A stretch of 64,000 nucleotides of DNA from Dimorphilus gyrociliatus. Lineage: Eukaryota; Animalia; Annelida. The stretch covers positions 186,001 to 250,000 of the forward strand of contig CAJFCJ010000001.1 in NCBI GenBank assembly GCA_904063045.1. Direction: 5' to 3'. A program made the translations under genes and the position numbers. A model generated the notes under the pieces. That model was not told the origin of the DNA. It did no database searches and saw nothing but the letters and a program-made list of their open reading frames with translations. Positions within the stretch are counted from its first letter, which is position 1. Each line of letters starts with the position of its first letter. Below are positions 61,941-64,000 of the stretch, in pieces.

Positions 61941-63943
61941 CTAAAGTCTATCTTTCCCTAGAAGTTCCAAGATCCAGTCGTAATTCAAACCTAATTCCTT
62001 AATTAGATAGTTGTTTGTGAAATCAAGGCAATTAAATGATCGTAAAGCAAACCCTGAAAAAAAAGAAAACAAATTTAACAATTCATTGCGAATTAAGAAC
62101 AATTACTCGTTACTTTTTCAAAGTGTACAAGAATAAATAACAGGTCGATTAGAATAAATCATTAAAAATAATATCTTTGTATCCTTTGAAAAACAAAAAT
62201 GTAAAAATATCAATCTTTATATTATATATTTTCCTTATAAATGCAGTATATACTTTCAATATGAAAAATATTCGTATATAGATATATTTCACAAGGCGGA
62301 TATATAGAATTTATATATATACCATACAGTATATATACATAGATTTTTCGTAAATATAGACTTCTTTCTTTATAAATACCTGCTAAAAATGAAATGTCTT
62401 TCTTCGCGCACAATAAACCAGCTCCGTTTGCACTTAGAATGCTACAGTTCTTGCCGTTTCTGTCGAGATTCGTTAGGAGACTAAGGCAAGCCGAATCTTT
62501 TGTAGAATTAGTAACATTCGCAAAGGGTTCCTCACAATATGTCGAATTCAGTAATAATTGTTTTGGGTCTATTTTATGATTTTCAGTTCTTCCTGTTAAT
62601 AAAATATCATATGCTTATATCAATATCTATAGAAATAAACAACAATAGATACTCAAATGATACAATTATGTATATCCATTATACTTTCTATATATAAATA
62701 TATCTAGAAATATAACATATTGATGGAATTTTACATTGCCATCCATTGTATCATTTATAGTATCAAATTTTCTAACCGTCGGAATTAATACCCAACATTA
62801 TTAAGGATTCACACTCTTCCAAATTCAAATTTGTTGCGTTCCAAAGGCATATTTTGTTCACATGGTCAGTAAACGGAACGTTATTTTTAAGTCGGATAAT
62901 TACAATTCCATCTTTCATTTTATAATCACTTATTAAAGCTCTTACACAAGTTTTATCATTCGTTCCAATCCTCAATATAACTTGTTCATTTGGTACTGAA
63001 CTATCGTTCGAATTTTGAATTATTTGGAACAGACTATCATATATAAAAAAAGAAAGAGGCAAGAGTAATAGATGTTTAGTAAATTGTTAATTAATAAGCA
63101 ATGAAAGCAAAAAATTATTATTTCTTACTCACTTGCGCAAACAATCCGATGTAGAAACGAGTGAATTTGAACTGATAAGGAAACCTGTACAATGATAAGT
63201 TTCTGCTTTATTGCTAATACGAATTAACCACGGCCAGAAATCAGACGTAATACTTTTCCGCCTCCCACAGAGTCCTCGAATAGCTAAAATGGAAGAGAGT
63301 AGTGATGTAGAAGGAATAAAGTGATTGAACAAAAAAACTCTAAAATCAAACGAAAATTGGGCGCGTATTAAGGCTTTTAACGAAAACACATTATAGTACA
63401 CATTATAGCGAAAGTTATTAAAAAGCCTTCAAGTTATAAATTTACCAAAAGTCAACTCGCTAAAGATTAATAAAATTCGAATGATTTTATTAATTACAAG
63501 TTTTTGTTCTAAAAACTCTTAAGTACCCTTTCCGGTGCCACAACCAATAAATCTTGCACCTTCCGGAACTCCATGATCTTTTAAATGGTGATCCACAGGT
63601 ATAAAACGGGCACATTGGGCTCTAAACGGATATGGAAATCTTTTCCATATTGTATAAAACGATTTAGACGAAGTAGACATCTCTAGAGCATCTCCATATC
63701 TCCTTTGCTCCCTAACAGGCTCCCAATTACGACAATTACGGCTATATGCCAAAACATACTTTCTGTCATCTTTAAACCTTTTATTCTCGTCATTAGGTTG
63801 AACATGGAAAACAACAGCAAAGAGTATTTGTTCCGCTTCAAAATCAAATTGGGCATAACCAGACCGAAAATCAGTTGGAGAATGCTGCATTTTTCCAGCT
63901 TCTTTCACATGATTGATAGGCGATTCAGAGCATAGATTGGTGT
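61941..63943 (-). CDS. F5/8 type C (discoidin-like) domain plus inactive trypsin-like serine protease homologue; 5' end lies beyond the window
   Basis: Exons 63527-63943, 63133-63283, 62777-63033, 62380-62592, 61941-62053 (last one tentative). F5/8C end (FRAQCARFIP..RFIGC); protease-fold motifs CG..WPWL, HCTGFLIS, VPFTDHVNKICL, YDWI. Catalytic motifs are altered (STSDC; SANGAG). Confidence 0.7.
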
Positions 63944-64000
63944 CTGTTTTATTAAATAATAATCTAATTAGAAAGGAGATTAAACAAATAGACAAATGTA

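Overview
AT-rich, gene-dense eukaryotic (metazoan) genomic DNA with GT-AG introns, many of them short (about 55-100 nt). There are no prokaryotic features. The gene content and compactness suggest a lophotrochozoan, plausibly a miniaturised annelid genome such as Dimorphilus (inference only). I reconstructed spliced gene models by hand with phase-consistent junctions. Left to right: PDE3 5' coding exon (-); two tandem SUEL-lectin/CUB-like/sushi-like single-pass receptors (+); a complete discoidin domain receptor kinase DDR (-); a ~11 kb non-coding interval; an intronless paired-class homeobox gene (+); a mir-71 hairpin with no mir-2 beside it (-); a single-pass microprotein (-); a complete slit (+); a two-exon HIGA-type neuropeptide precursor (-) that the ORF track only partly shows; an orphan 255-aa ORF with an upstream X-box (-); an FN3-TM protein (-); a calcitonin-receptor-like class B GPCR (-); a C7orf78-like gene (+); a small secreted peptide precursor (+); and an F5/8C-containing catalytically dead trypsin homologue (-) running off the window. 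A CTCF-like motif (AGATGGCG) is strongly over-represented in non-coding DNA. The best candidates for something new are the tail-less versus YEEI-tailed lectin receptor pair near slit, the solo mir-71, and the hidden neuropeptide genes.
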